Positions 8,876 to 18,023 of a stretch of 64,000 bases of DNA are shown in pieces. The notes below the pieces were generated by a model that saw nothing but the letters and a program-made list of their open reading frames with translations, was not told the DNA's origin and did not search any database. Position 1 is the first letter of the stretch. Every line of letters starts with the position of its first letter. A program made the position numbers and the translations under genes. Source of the stretch: Myxococcota bacterium (GTDB lineage: Bacteria; Myxococcota_A; SURF-8; G963663525); contig CAXXVK010000031.1 in the NCBI GenBank assembly GCA_963676915.2, positions 1 through 64,000 of the forward strand, written 5' to 3'.

Positions 8876-10246
8876 TTATTCTTCTTGCATCTTGGTTTCC
8901 CTCAAATCCAAAGATACGTAGGGTCGCGTTTTAGTGATGGACTTGTACGCCGGGCGCATCAGTTTGTTGGGGTTGGTCACCAGTTCCAGCCTATGAGCGC
9001 ACCATCCGGCCATGCGGGACATGGCGAAAATCGGAGTGTAAAGCTCGGTGGGAATTCCCAGGCAGTCGTACACGAAACCCGAGTAAAAATCGACATTTGC
9101 ACTCAGTACCATGTCAGCGTCGTCTTTGACTTCTCTCACGGCATTCGGTGCTTCATTCTCGACCGCTTCGTACAGAGCGAATTCCTCTTCGCGGCCTTTT
9201 TCTTTGGCCAGTTCCTTTGCGTATTTTTTGAGAATCACCGCCCTGGGGTCGCTGAGTGTATAGACGGCATGCCCGATACCGTAGAGTTTCTTTTGCCGGT
9301 CGAAGGTTTCACCCTGCATAATTTTCCGCAGGTAGTCGCGAACCTCGTCGGGGTTGCTCCAATTCGTCACGTTTTTCTTGATATCCTGCATCATGGTGGC
9401 GACTTTGCTGCTCGCGCCGCCGTGCAACGGTCCCTTGAGCGAACCCAGTGCCGCCGAAGCCGCCGAGTAGATATCGGTCAGTGTCGAGCTGACGACTCTC
9501 ATGGTGAACGTCGAGTTATTACCGCCACCGTGGTCGGCGTGGAGCACCATGGCCACGTCCAGTGTTTTGGCTTCCAACTCGGTGTATTGCTGATCGGGAC
9601 GTAAAAGGCGCAGGAAGTTTTCGGCAGAACTCAACGTGGGATCAGGTGGATGAATAATCAAGCTGCCGTTGTAGAATCCATGCTGGATGGAATAATAGGC
9701 ATACGGAACCAGCGTGACGATTTTGGCCGTCAACTCCATGGCTTGGCGGATCTGGTTGGATACGGCGAGGTTTTCGGCGTCCTCGTCGATACCGTACAGG
9801 GTCATCACCGAACGGGCGAGAGCGTTCATGACGTCGCGGGTTCGGAAGGTCTGCAACACGTCCCGAGCAAAATTGAGTCGTAGCTGACGCATCTCTCCCA
9901 TCAAGGAAGAAAAATCCTGAAGCTGCGCGCCGTTTGGCAACCAGCCGAAAAGCAGTAAAAACAGTGTTTCCTCAAAGCCGAAGCGGTTGGCGCTGGAAAA
10001 ACCTTTTACAAGTTCCTTAAGATCGATCCCCCGGTAGTATAGTCGACCTTCTACGGGAACGATTTCCTCGTCGATTTTTTCGTATCCGAGAACGGAACTG
10101 ACGGTTGTAAGCCCCACGAGTACACCGGAACCGTCAGCATTTCGCAGACCTCGTTTGACACGATAAAGGTGGTAGTGACGATTTCTGATTTCGTTTTCGC
10201 GAGTGGCATCGACGGCCAATTGCTCGAAGTATCGTTCATTGATCAT
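8876..10246 (-). CDS. gltA: Citrate/2-methylcitrate synthase
   Basis: VKRGLRNADGSG, LYYRG, HADHGGGNNSTF, GPLHGGA, GIGHAVY...DPRA, ANVDFYSG. Confidence 0.93.
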   Translation of the reverse strand: MINERYFEQLAVDATRENEIRNRHYHLYRVKRGLRNADGSGVLVGLTTVSSVLGYEKIDEEIVPVEGRLYYRGIDLKELVKGFSSANRFGFEETLFLLLFGWLPNGAQLQDFSSLMGEMRQLRLNFARDVLQTFRTRDVMNALARSVMTLYGIDEDAENLAVSNQIRQAMELTAKIVTLVPYAYYSIQHGFYNGSLIIHPPDPTLSSAENFLRLLRPDQQYTELEAKTLDVAMVLHADHGGGNNSTFTMRVVSSTLTDIYSAASAALGSLKGPLHGGASSKVATMMQDIKKNVTNWSNPDEVRDYLRKIMQGETFDRQKKLYGIGHAVYTLSDPRAVILKKYAKELAKEKGREEEFALYEAVENEAPNAVREVKDDADMVLSANVDFYSGFVYDCLGIPTELYTPIFAMSRMAGWCAHRLELVTNPNKLMRPAYKSITKTRPYVSLDLRETKMQEE

Positions 10247-10499
10247 CGTCGATTTTCCTTTCATCATGATCGTTTCATGGAAAACCCTGCAAAACGATCC
10301 AACGGGTTTCATTTTCTAAAAAACTCATCCAAACACTACGTCCCCCACCACAAACACTCAATGTTTACAAAAATTACGACCGTTTCGTTGAAAGTCAATT
10401 GCTCAAACCCTTTAAAACCGTTTCAGTTTTTTGCTTTTCCCCGTCCTCATGACATAATGCCCGTACGTTCCATTCGTGAAGTCGTTGGAGGTGTTTGCG

Positions 10500-11576
10500 A
10501 TGTTGAAGCGCTTAATCTTTATTCTTCTGGCTTTCGTGCTGTTTTTCGGATGTTCCGACGATTCCGACTCCGGTGATGTCTCAAATGGCGATATCGATGC
10601 CGTGGAAACGGAAGAGCTTGCAGGAGATTCCGAGGTGAACGAGTTCGATTCGGATATCGAATACGCCTTTCACGAAGTCCTGCCCATTCCTGACGAGGGT
10701 CATGTGGCCGATCCCTGCGTATTGAAGGTGGATGGCACCTGGTACCTTTACGCGACGCATAAATCCACGGGATTCGAGGTTTGGACCTCGGATGACTTAG
10801 CCACCTGGGAACAAAGGGATACGATCTGGACTCCTACCTTGCCCTGGCAGACCGAGCACAGCTTGTGCGGTATGTGGGCTCCACACGTCGAGCGGGCCGG
10901 AGATACCTACTACCTGTATTACACGGCGAATTGTCGGATCGGTGTGGCACGCTCGGATTCCCCTCTGGGACCGTTCGAGGAAGTCTACGATCACCCGTTG
11001 ATCGGTAACGGTTATGGTGGTGTGGGCGATGGCGAGTTGGCACAGGATATGGTTCAGGACTGGGACGACCTGTCCATCGATGCTTTCGTATTGCAGGTGT
11101 CGGACGGCTCCTTGGTTCTCTACTATACCGGTTTTACTCCGCTTTCGACGATCTATGCCCAGCGTATGGACGATTTCGTCACCGTGTCGGGCGAACCGGT
11201 GTTGATGCTCGAACCGGAAGTGTCGAGCTGGGAAGGTTTTGTGCGCGAAGGCGCCTGGGTTCTCGAACACGAGGGAAGTTTTCACCTGATGTACTCGGGA
11301 AACATGTTTGAGACACTGGAGTACGGAATTGGCGTAGCGGTAGCATTGGACCCCTTGGGACCGTTTACGCGGGATATTCGCAATCCTATCCTGAAAAGCA
11401 ACGTGGAAACAGGAGTTTACGGTCCGGGGCATCACAGCGTAGTGGAGGGTGCTTACGGCGACCAGTTGATTTTCTACCATACCAAAGTTTCCAGCGAAGA
11501 CGGCGAGGGGCGTCTCGTTCGGTACGGACCGCTGGAATTCGACGAGCAGGGAAGGGTGAACGTCGAACAGCCCTGA
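10500..11576 (+). CDS. Glycoside hydrolase family 43 lipoprotein
   Basis: Lipobox FFGC; ADP, WAP, SIDA, REG, LMYSGN, GPGHHS. Confidence 0.9.
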   Translation: MLKRLIFILLAFVLFFGCSDDSDSGDVSNGDIDAVETEELAGDSEVNEFDSDIEYAFHEVLPIPDEGHVADPCVLKVDGTWYLYATHKSTGFEVWTSDDLATWEQRDTIWTPTLPWQTEHSLCGMWAPHVERAGDTYYLYYTANCRIGVARSDSPLGPFEEVYDHPLIGNGYGGVGDGELAQDMVQDWDDLSIDAFVLQVSDGSLVLYYTGFTPLSTIYAQRMDDFVTVSGEPVLMLEPEVSSWEGFVREGAWVLEHEGSFHLMYSGNMFETLEYGIGVAVALDPLGPFTRDIRNPILKSNVETGVYGPGHHSVVEGAYGDQLIFYHTKVSSEDGEGRLVRYGPLEFDEQGRVNVEQP

Positions 11577-11797
11577 CAAAGACACCGTACCTTTTTTACG
11601 ACCATTTTTGAGTTATGCACAGGCGGTACAGCGTCTTGATGTAGGTGTGTGCTTTTGAAAAAGAATATGAGTATAATCGTAGAAAAGATCGTGCAAAATG
11701 CGTAAAAGGCGCTTGTTCGCGTAGAAAACTACGACAAAAGTATTTACCCGGCACGTCTTCTATGTATAGGGAAACGAGTGGAGAAAGCGGTGGACTC

Positions 11798-12640
11798 ATG
11801 AAACGGATGACTGGACTTTTGCTTGTCTTGTTGCTGGCGGTGATGGCCTGCAACGAGGACTGCAAGCCGATTGATTACAGTCAGTCAGAATATTTGGAAG
11901 CCTCAATGATGTACAAATTGACCGATGGGTGTTGGTTCTCCGAGTACTATGGTGACGTTAGTTGTCCCGATGATCCCTTTTGTAGAATGAAGCGAAACAG
12001 TCTTTCCGGTTCGCATGTGGAGACGAATAGCCAAGGGTGCCCAATCATTGTAGAAGGTGAGAAACTCTGTGACACGTACTGTACACAGTATTCAAAAACT
12101 ATAGATGATAAAATATATCGTGCTTCGGGTTGTAATGGTGAAACCGGAGATTTTTTTGACGATTGGAAGAAACAAAAGATTTATATACACGATACTTGCG
12201 GTTGGGGTGCCTACTATTGGTGCAATCTGGAAGACATTTATACATGCGAAAATAGTACCGATGATGGCGGACTCCTTGAGGTTCGACGACCTCTCTTGCG
12301 AGATTGCGGCGAGAAAGGATGTATAGCTGGTCAAACCGGATATGGAATGGTGGAAAGTATGACTCCTGCTTTCTGTATCGCTGACGAAGGCCCGGACGCT
12401 GAGGACTGGCCTTGGGAATCCCCGAATCCGAAAAAAGGCTGTCCCTATGGTAATCCCGATGTCGTAAAGTCTGGAAATTACTTTCCTTGCCCAGCGAAAA
12501 CCTTTTGTCACAACGACGTGATTTACGGCTGTACCGTTGTGGAAGATGATTATGGTTGTCCGCAGGAAACCTACGTGTGGGAGATCAAAGAATCCTCCGA
12601 ACCTTGTGGGGATTACTGGGTTATTGGCGAAAACGAATGA
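11798..12640 (+). CDS. Cys-rich hypothetical lipoprotein, lower GC
   Basis: MKRMTGLLLVLLLAVMAC lipobox; about 20 Cys; AT-richer middle section. Confidence 0.75.
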   Translation: MKRMTGLLLVLLLAVMACNEDCKPIDYSQSEYLEASMMYKLTDGCWFSEYYGDVSCPDDPFCRMKRNSLSGSHVETNSQGCPIIVEGEKLCDTYCTQYSKTIDDKIYRASGCNGETGDFFDDWKKQKIYIHDTCGWGAYYWCNLEDIYTCENSTDDGGLLEVRRPLLRDCGEKGCIAGQTGYGMVESMTPAFCIADEGPDAEDWPWESPNPKKGCPYGNPDVVKSGNYFPCPAKTFCHNDVIYGCTVVEDDYGCPQETYVWEIKESSEPCGDYWVIGENE

Positions 12641-12683
12641 TTAGATTGTCTGCTGCGCTTTTTCTCAATGGAAAAGAAAGATG

Positions 12684-13889
12684 TCAGCGAGCATCTAGCT
12701 CTTCCGTAAGACAGTCCGTGCAGTGGACGTTTTCCACCTCTCGGTTTTCTACAAGATCTTCGATCCAATCTCGAAGACGTATACCGTTGGTTTGACGTTC
12801 GTAGAAGGTGTCCGAATCCAGGATCGTGTGTAGACTTCCTCCCGCTGTAAATGAGCGAAAGTTTTCGATGCTTCCTTCGATTCGCTGAAGTTGTTCTTCG
12901 AACAAATCGTGCCAATCCGTCTCAACACCTCCCATCATTTGATAGAAGGTTGACTGGGTTTCATCGTATGCCGTGTTGTATTGGATAAACAGTTGATTCG
13001 GATAGAAGTTGGCTTCAGCGATGAAAATATCCGGGACGCTGAAATCTTCCGGTTGCATGGCGGCAATCTCGGGTATCCAGTCGGGGATATGTCGGTCGGT
13101 ACCCCATTTCGTCATGACGGTTTCGAAAAAGCCATCAGGAGCCACACCCGTACCACAATCCACGAGCTGAATAACCTTGGACTCCGGGTAATGTTGCATA
13201 AAGTGGGGAGCGTGAAGAAGAGTTCCATACCCACCGGCGCTTCCACCGGCAACCACAATCATCTCAGGTGCATCGTAGTTGGCAAAGATACATTGTACCG
13301 CAGCACTTGTGTTAACAAAGCCGAGATGCTTGATGATCACGTCGTGAGCACCGCCTTCCGCAGAGTAGTCATACGTATTGTCTCCCCAATGGGCGTCCCC
13401 CGTGCAATAATCCACAAACACGAAATGCCAGTCTTTAAAGGGGTTTTCGGGGTTGTCGAGATCGAGGATGCCTCCCCAATCGGAGGGCTGGAAATCCTCC
13501 GGGATGTCGTTGAAGAAGGAGATTCCACGCAGGCTGCACGTGAGGTTGTCCCAGCAGGCTCCACCGCCATCGAGCAACACGATCAGTCGGTTGACCGTAC
13601 CGGGCCGTATCCAGTAGGAGAAGTCACAACCGGAGTCGCAAAGAGTCCTCCCTCCGGGAACGACGCGATTCCAGCCTTCATGAAGTTCTGCAAGGTGGGG
13701 GCAGTAGGTGTCGTCCAAGTCGTCGGTTTCATCTTCCGGCACCGACTCCGAAACGCTGTCGATGTCTCCTGTTTCGTGATTTTGTTCGTCGGAATCGTCT
13801 TCCGAGCACCCTGAAAATACAACGAGAAGGATTGTCAGAAAACTCAAGAATAGAGTTTTTAGAATGCTGTAGGGATCAAAGTCTTTCAT
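12684..13889 (-). CDS. Pectin acetylesterase/Notum-like esterase lipoprotein
   Basis: Lipobox FSGC; LDGGGACW, NPFKDWHFVFVDYCTGDAHWG, AGGSAGGYG nucleophile motif, C-terminal H. Confidence 0.88.
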   Translation of the reverse strand: MKDFDPYSILKTLFLSFLTILLVVFSGCSEDDSDEQNHETGDIDSVSESVPEDETDDLDDTYCPHLAELHEGWNRVVPGGRTLCDSGCDFSYWIRPGTVNRLIVLLDGGGACWDNLTCSLRGISFFNDIPEDFQPSDWGGILDLDNPENPFKDWHFVFVDYCTGDAHWGDNTYDYSAEGGAHDVIIKHLGFVNTSAAVQCIFANYDAPEMIVVAGGSAGGYGTLLHAPHFMQHYPESKVIQLVDCGTGVAPDGFFETVMTKWGTDRHIPDWIPEIAAMQPEDFSVPDIFIAEANFYPNQLFIQYNTAYDETQSTFYQMMGGVETDWHDLFEEQLQRIEGSIENFRSFTAGGSLHTILDSDTFYERQTNGIRLRDWIEDLVENREVENVHCTDCLTEELDAR

Positions 13890-13951
13890 CCATTCCTCCG
13901 AGAAATTTTGGAGGGCAAAAGCTTCCCATCTGTCCCGGTCAAAACAGCCAA

Positions 13952-16711
13952 TTACTCATCGATCTGCTTCAGCATGGATTCAATTCGTCTTTCCGCACTG
14001 GAGTTTTTAAAGCGTTTTTGCATGGAACGAAGCAATTGTGCGGCTTTTTCTTTACGTTCCATATGAATCAGCATCTGTGCGATGCCCAACGGCGCGTCAG
14101 GGTGATCGGGGCGAAGGCTGCGAGCTTTCATGAAATGAGCCATTGCTTCCTTGAATCGCTGCTTTTGCTCGTAAAGTCTTCCAAGCTCGTTGTGGTCGAG
14201 AAACGAATCGGGATGATGCTTTAACGTTTCTTCCAATTTTTGAATGGCTTCGTCGATCGTTTCACGATTTTCTTGGACGTTTCGTGGTCGATTCGTTGTT
14301 TTTCCCACGGGGAAGAACTCTGAATGTCGCTGCTTGAAGCGTTGGCCTTCGTTGTCGGTCATCTTTTCGGAACGAACGAAATTCATGGCGGATTCCAACA
14401 ACTTCGCTTCGTCGATTTCCCGATGATGGGGGCTGGCCGAATCGACCAATTTCCAGATTCTCGTCACGTCGTCGTTTTCGAAGGCCCAGTATTCTTCCGG
14501 CGAGTATCCGAAGCGGGAAACATCTGACTGCACTTCGTCCATGCGGTCCCGCAACAGGCCGTCCCGCTTGACCCGTTCGTAAATCGCCGTGTCTTGATAC
14601 AAGCGCATTCTCGTAAAGACCGCGCCGCTACGGTAACGGAAGAAATCCAGTTCCCTAAAAGCTTTAAGGTTTGTTTCTAGGTCCGCTATCGTGGTCCACG
14701 GTGAAAAAAGAATGAAGCCGGAGGATGCTTTGGTGCGAATGATGGCTTGCGGATACTCCTGCTCCAAATCGTCGATCAGGCGAACGGCCTGACGGTTTTG
14801 CTCGGGTGTCGTTCCTTTATTGAAGCGCCGGAGTTCATCGGCTGAAAAATTCTCGAATCCGATGCAGAAAAGATCCAGACGGTGCTTGAGCCTCGTCATG
14901 GTTTCGAGGGCTTTTCTCAACACTTTTTGTGCGGCCAGCAGGTGGGTTACACGGGAATCGAGCAGCCAGGTAATCGGTTCGGATGTCAAATCGTGCGTAT
15001 AAAGCGCCAATTCTTCGATCAGTGACAAGCAATCCTGGTCCAGTACACGAATTACCAGATCGCCTTCCGGGTTTCGTAGAACTTCACGTACCTGCTTTTT
15101 CAAGGAAACCAATAACTTATCTTTCGAAACCGGCTCCCATCCGGGGATACGCGTGGTACAGAAAGCACAGCCTTTGCTATACGGAACACCACTGAGATCG
15201 ATCCCTTCGTATTCGGGATTTTTTGCGCAATCCATCAAATGGGGGCAGGTGGGACGCCCTACGATTTCTTTGGGTGGATAGGTGCAAGATACGTAGCGGT
15301 TGAGCACCAGCGGCGATACGCCGAGGTCGAGGGGATGGTCCGCCTCGACAATCAATCCCCGGTAGGCTGTGGCGTCGAGATTTTGCCATAGCGTATGAAT
15401 GGTTTCTCCTGGACGATTGGGTTTGACCCAGGTCGAGCACTGACCTCTGGCGAACGAAAGAATCGTTCGAATCAAGCAGGCCCGGTTTGTAACCGGCATA
15501 AAATGCGTCATTTCCGGCGCGTGGGTCGGAGTGGTGTTGTCGAGAAGAACGTGCGGCACGTCATCGGGTAGAGTTTCACGTAGTTTCGCCGCTAGTGAAT
15601 GAGGATAGGTTCGGAAATAGTAAACCTGCGTAATTTCTTCTTTTTTCACGAGTTCGACGGTTCGGGAGATCATCTCCCGGTTGAAGGCGTCATCTCCCAC
15701 ACGATGATGGTACTGGACGTACTGCACTTCGATGCCGTTCTCTGCGATATCTCCAGCGTAAAGCCTTGGAAATATAGACGAAAATACCTGCTCCTCATCG
15801 TTGGGAAATGTCTCTAACAGCAGAATTTTCGGTGGCGTAACCAAACCTGTCGGAGCGTTTGGATGGAGAAACAGCGCCAAGGCGGGATGCATTCGCTCTT
15901 TTACTGGAATCGGCGAATTTTTCCCGTCGTTGAATTCAAAATACCCAGGGCGCGGTTCCGTGATGGTTCCGTTTTCGGGAAACGAATCCAGCCAGTCGCC
16001 ATTGAGCAATCGGCGTTCGTTCGTATCATATTCGAGACCTGCAACGTTCCAGTTTCCTTCGATTTTACGGCATTTTTCAAAACGAAGATATTGGTCGGAG
16101 TCAACGAAAAGAAGCGAGCGACTTAGCAAATGTTCGACACGCCGGGCGAACTCCGGGACTTCCTGCCGGGCGGTATCGAGAACTTTTTCGGCAAGTGCGT
16201 GGGAAGCTTCGCAGTTCAAGGAACAGGGCGTGTGCTGGAGCAGGCTCAAGCTCCCGCGCACCAACATCAAGCATAAGGGATCGATGTTCCCTTTGGTGCG
16301 GTAATACGAAGAACGGACAAGGTAACGATCGTCCTGACGAGGAAGACGCTCGAAGGCATCCACGCAACAACGGGGATATCCCAGTAAGTCCGTTAAAGCA
16401 TGTGTGATTTCAGGTGTTTCTCTTTGTTCGAAGCGTGCACTTTGTTCGGCGAGATAGGCGTGTTCCACCTCGACGGAAAGAGCTTTTTCGAAAGAGGCGA
16501 ATACGAAACCCCGTTCGTTACCGAATCCACGTTCCTTTAGTGATATGTCGTCCACTGTACGGGCGAAGGCTCCGCGAGTTTCGAACCACTGACGGATGCT
16601 GTGCTGATCCACCCGGCGGCATTCCACGACGGCAGCCTTTTTGACTCCGGCTTTCAGATGCAACCAGGCCATCAGATAATAGCGGTCTACGGCTTCGCGC
16701 CAGTCGATCAT
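13952..16711 (-). CDS. DUF483-like + radical SAM + TPR fusion protein
   Basis: LLGYPRCC and HTPCSLNC; KGCAFC; IGFENFS..ELRRFNKG; GFILFSPWTTIADL; RLYQDT; C-terminal TPRs. Confidence 0.8.
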   Translation of the reverse strand: MIDWREAVDRYYLMAWLHLKAGVKKAAVVECRRVDQHSIRQWFETRGAFARTVDDISLKERGFGNERGFVFASFEKALSVEVEHAYLAEQSARFEQRETPEITHALTDLLGYPRCCVDAFERLPRQDDRYLVRSSYYRTKGNIDPLCLMLVRGSLSLLQHTPCSLNCEASHALAEKVLDTARQEVPEFARRVEHLLSRSLLFVDSDQYLRFEKCRKIEGNWNVAGLEYDTNERRLLNGDWLDSFPENGTITEPRPGYFEFNDGKNSPIPVKERMHPALALFLHPNAPTGLVTPPKILLLETFPNDEEQVFSSIFPRLYAGDIAENGIEVQYVQYHHRVGDDAFNREMISRTVELVKKEEITQVYYFRTYPHSLAAKLRETLPDDVPHVLLDNTTPTHAPEMTHFMPVTNRACLIRTILSFARGQCSTWVKPNRPGETIHTLWQNLDATAYRGLIVEADHPLDLGVSPLVLNRYVSCTYPPKEIVGRPTCPHLMDCAKNPEYEGIDLSGVPYSKGCAFCTTRIPGWEPVSKDKLLVSLKKQVREVLRNPEGDLVIRVLDQDCLSLIEELALYTHDLTSEPITWLLDSRVTHLLAAQKVLRKALETMTRLKHRLDLFCIGFENFSADELRRFNKGTTPEQNRQAVRLIDDLEQEYPQAIIRTKASSGFILFSPWTTIADLETNLKAFRELDFFRYRSGAVFTRMRLYQDTAIYERVKRDGLLRDRMDEVQSDVSRFGYSPEEYWAFENDDVTRIWKLVDSASPHHREIDEAKLLESAMNFVRSEKMTDNEGQRFKQRHSEFFPVGKTTNRPRNVQENRETIDEAIQKLEETLKHHPDSFLDHNELGRLYEQKQRFKEAMAHFMKARSLRPDHPDAPLGIAQMLIHMERKEKAAQLLRSMQKRFKNSSAERRIESMLKQIDE

Positions 16712-16798
16712 GACATTCGGCTCCTTGGTAAACGAACGTCGCTATGGTAGCCGATGCCCTGTAGCGGATCAAGGAAAGTGGTAGAGAGAAAATAACGT

Positions 16799-17161
16799 TC
16801 AATCGGCAATCATCACAGGCAGTAACGGAAGCAATGCCAGTGGATTTCCTCCGATGCGCACTTTGAAGGTCAGAACCGGCCAGATGTATCCTTTACCGGT
16901 AATCATTCCCAAAAGGGCATCCATAGAGCCTTTGATCGACGCCAGCGGCGGACGGCTTCTGCCACGTTCGATGGTGATGTTTCCCTTGTCGAACAGAAGG
17001 GTTACATCCATTTTACCGGCAGTGACGTGATAGGCTCCATGCAGCTCACTGGCTTTTCGAGCGACGGTTTCGTCTTGAAGGCGGTTTTCGAAAAAGCCTT
17101 TCATCAACAAACCCAAAAGGTTCATGTTTTCGGGATTTATGACCGTAACGATCTGTTCCAT
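16799..17161 (-). CDS. SCP2 sterol/lipid-binding domain protein
   Basis: VTLLFDKGNITIERG...ASIKGSMDALLGM...KVRIGGN pattern; 120 aa. Confidence 0.7.
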   Translation of the reverse strand: MEQIVTVINPENMNLLGLLMKGFFENRLQDETVARKASELHGAYHVTAGKMDVTLLFDKGNITIERGRSRPPLASIKGSMDALLGMITGKGYIWPVLTFKVRIGGNPLALLPLLPVMIAD

Positions 17162-17300
17162 CGAACCCTACCTCGCGTGAATTTTCGTGAAATGTTCTTT
17201 CCTTCATATCCTATTTTGGGAATGTAAACAAGCTGATTCGAACCAAGGATTTCACAAAATTCTCAAAAGGGAAGGGGATATGGCAAAATGGGTTTCAACT

Positions 17301-17915
17301 TCATTGCGCTTCTGATTCTTCTTCAAAATCGGTTTCCCATTCTTCGCTTTCCTCGTTTTCTTCGTCGCCGTCCGCTACGGTCTGTTGGCATATTCCAAGA
17401 GTCTCCGAGCATGTCCAGTCCGAGCCGAAATTGATGCGGCATTCGTCATCCAACGTGCAACGATACTCGGCCAAAGGATCGTCTTCCTCACAAGTTCCAA
17501 GCGTCGTATTGCAGACGTACGATGACCCATAAAGCGCCACGCAATCCAAGTCGGTCTGGCAGGAGTTCGAGGATTCCGAAGTGTCACTATCGCCACCGGA
17601 ACTCACCATGCAAAGAACTCCGTTGGCACAGGCCAGTCCCTCATAGCAGGTTCCGTTGTCGAAGCAGGCACAGCCTTCGGTGCCAATAATGCAAGATTCC
17701 TCTTCTTCTGCCTCGTATTCGCTGTCACCCTGCTTTAGCGAGCACACATCATCGATACATTCATAGCCGTAATCGCAGGTCTGGCTACCGTAGCACTCGC
17801 AACCTTCACTACCCGGAGGACAATTTCCGCTACCTACGTGTTGTACGCAGCCTGTGATCCAGAGACAAAACAGGGTACATGTCCAACATTTCATGCTCCA
17901 TTGCTTTCCGTTCAT
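17301..17915 (-). CDS. Cys-rich acidic lipoprotein
   Basis: Lipobox ITGC; two C..G.EGC.C repeats; DDP.A.YRC module; acidic tail. Confidence 0.8.
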   Translation of the reverse strand: MNGKQWSMKCWTCTLFCLWITGCVQHVGSGNCPPGSEGCECYGSQTCDYGYECIDDVCSLKQGDSEYEAEEEESCIIGTEGCACFDNGTCYEGLACANGVLCMVSSGGDSDTSESSNSCQTDLDCVALYGSSYVCNTTLGTCEEDDPLAEYRCTLDDECRINFGSDWTCSETLGICQQTVADGDEENEESEEWETDFEEESEAQ

Positions 17916-18023
17916 CCTGTGTTGTCCTTGTATGTTGTTAGAATTGCTTAAGAATTTCCTGAAAGAAAAATGGCCGTGCGCTGGTGCGTACGGCCATGAA
18001 TCGTTCAGTTGGTAGTTGGTTTG

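Noticed and set aside
13890-17300. RiPP cluster around the radical SAM gene
   Set aside because: No short precursor ORF, peptidase/ABC exporter or RRE gene is visible in the flanking intergenic regions.
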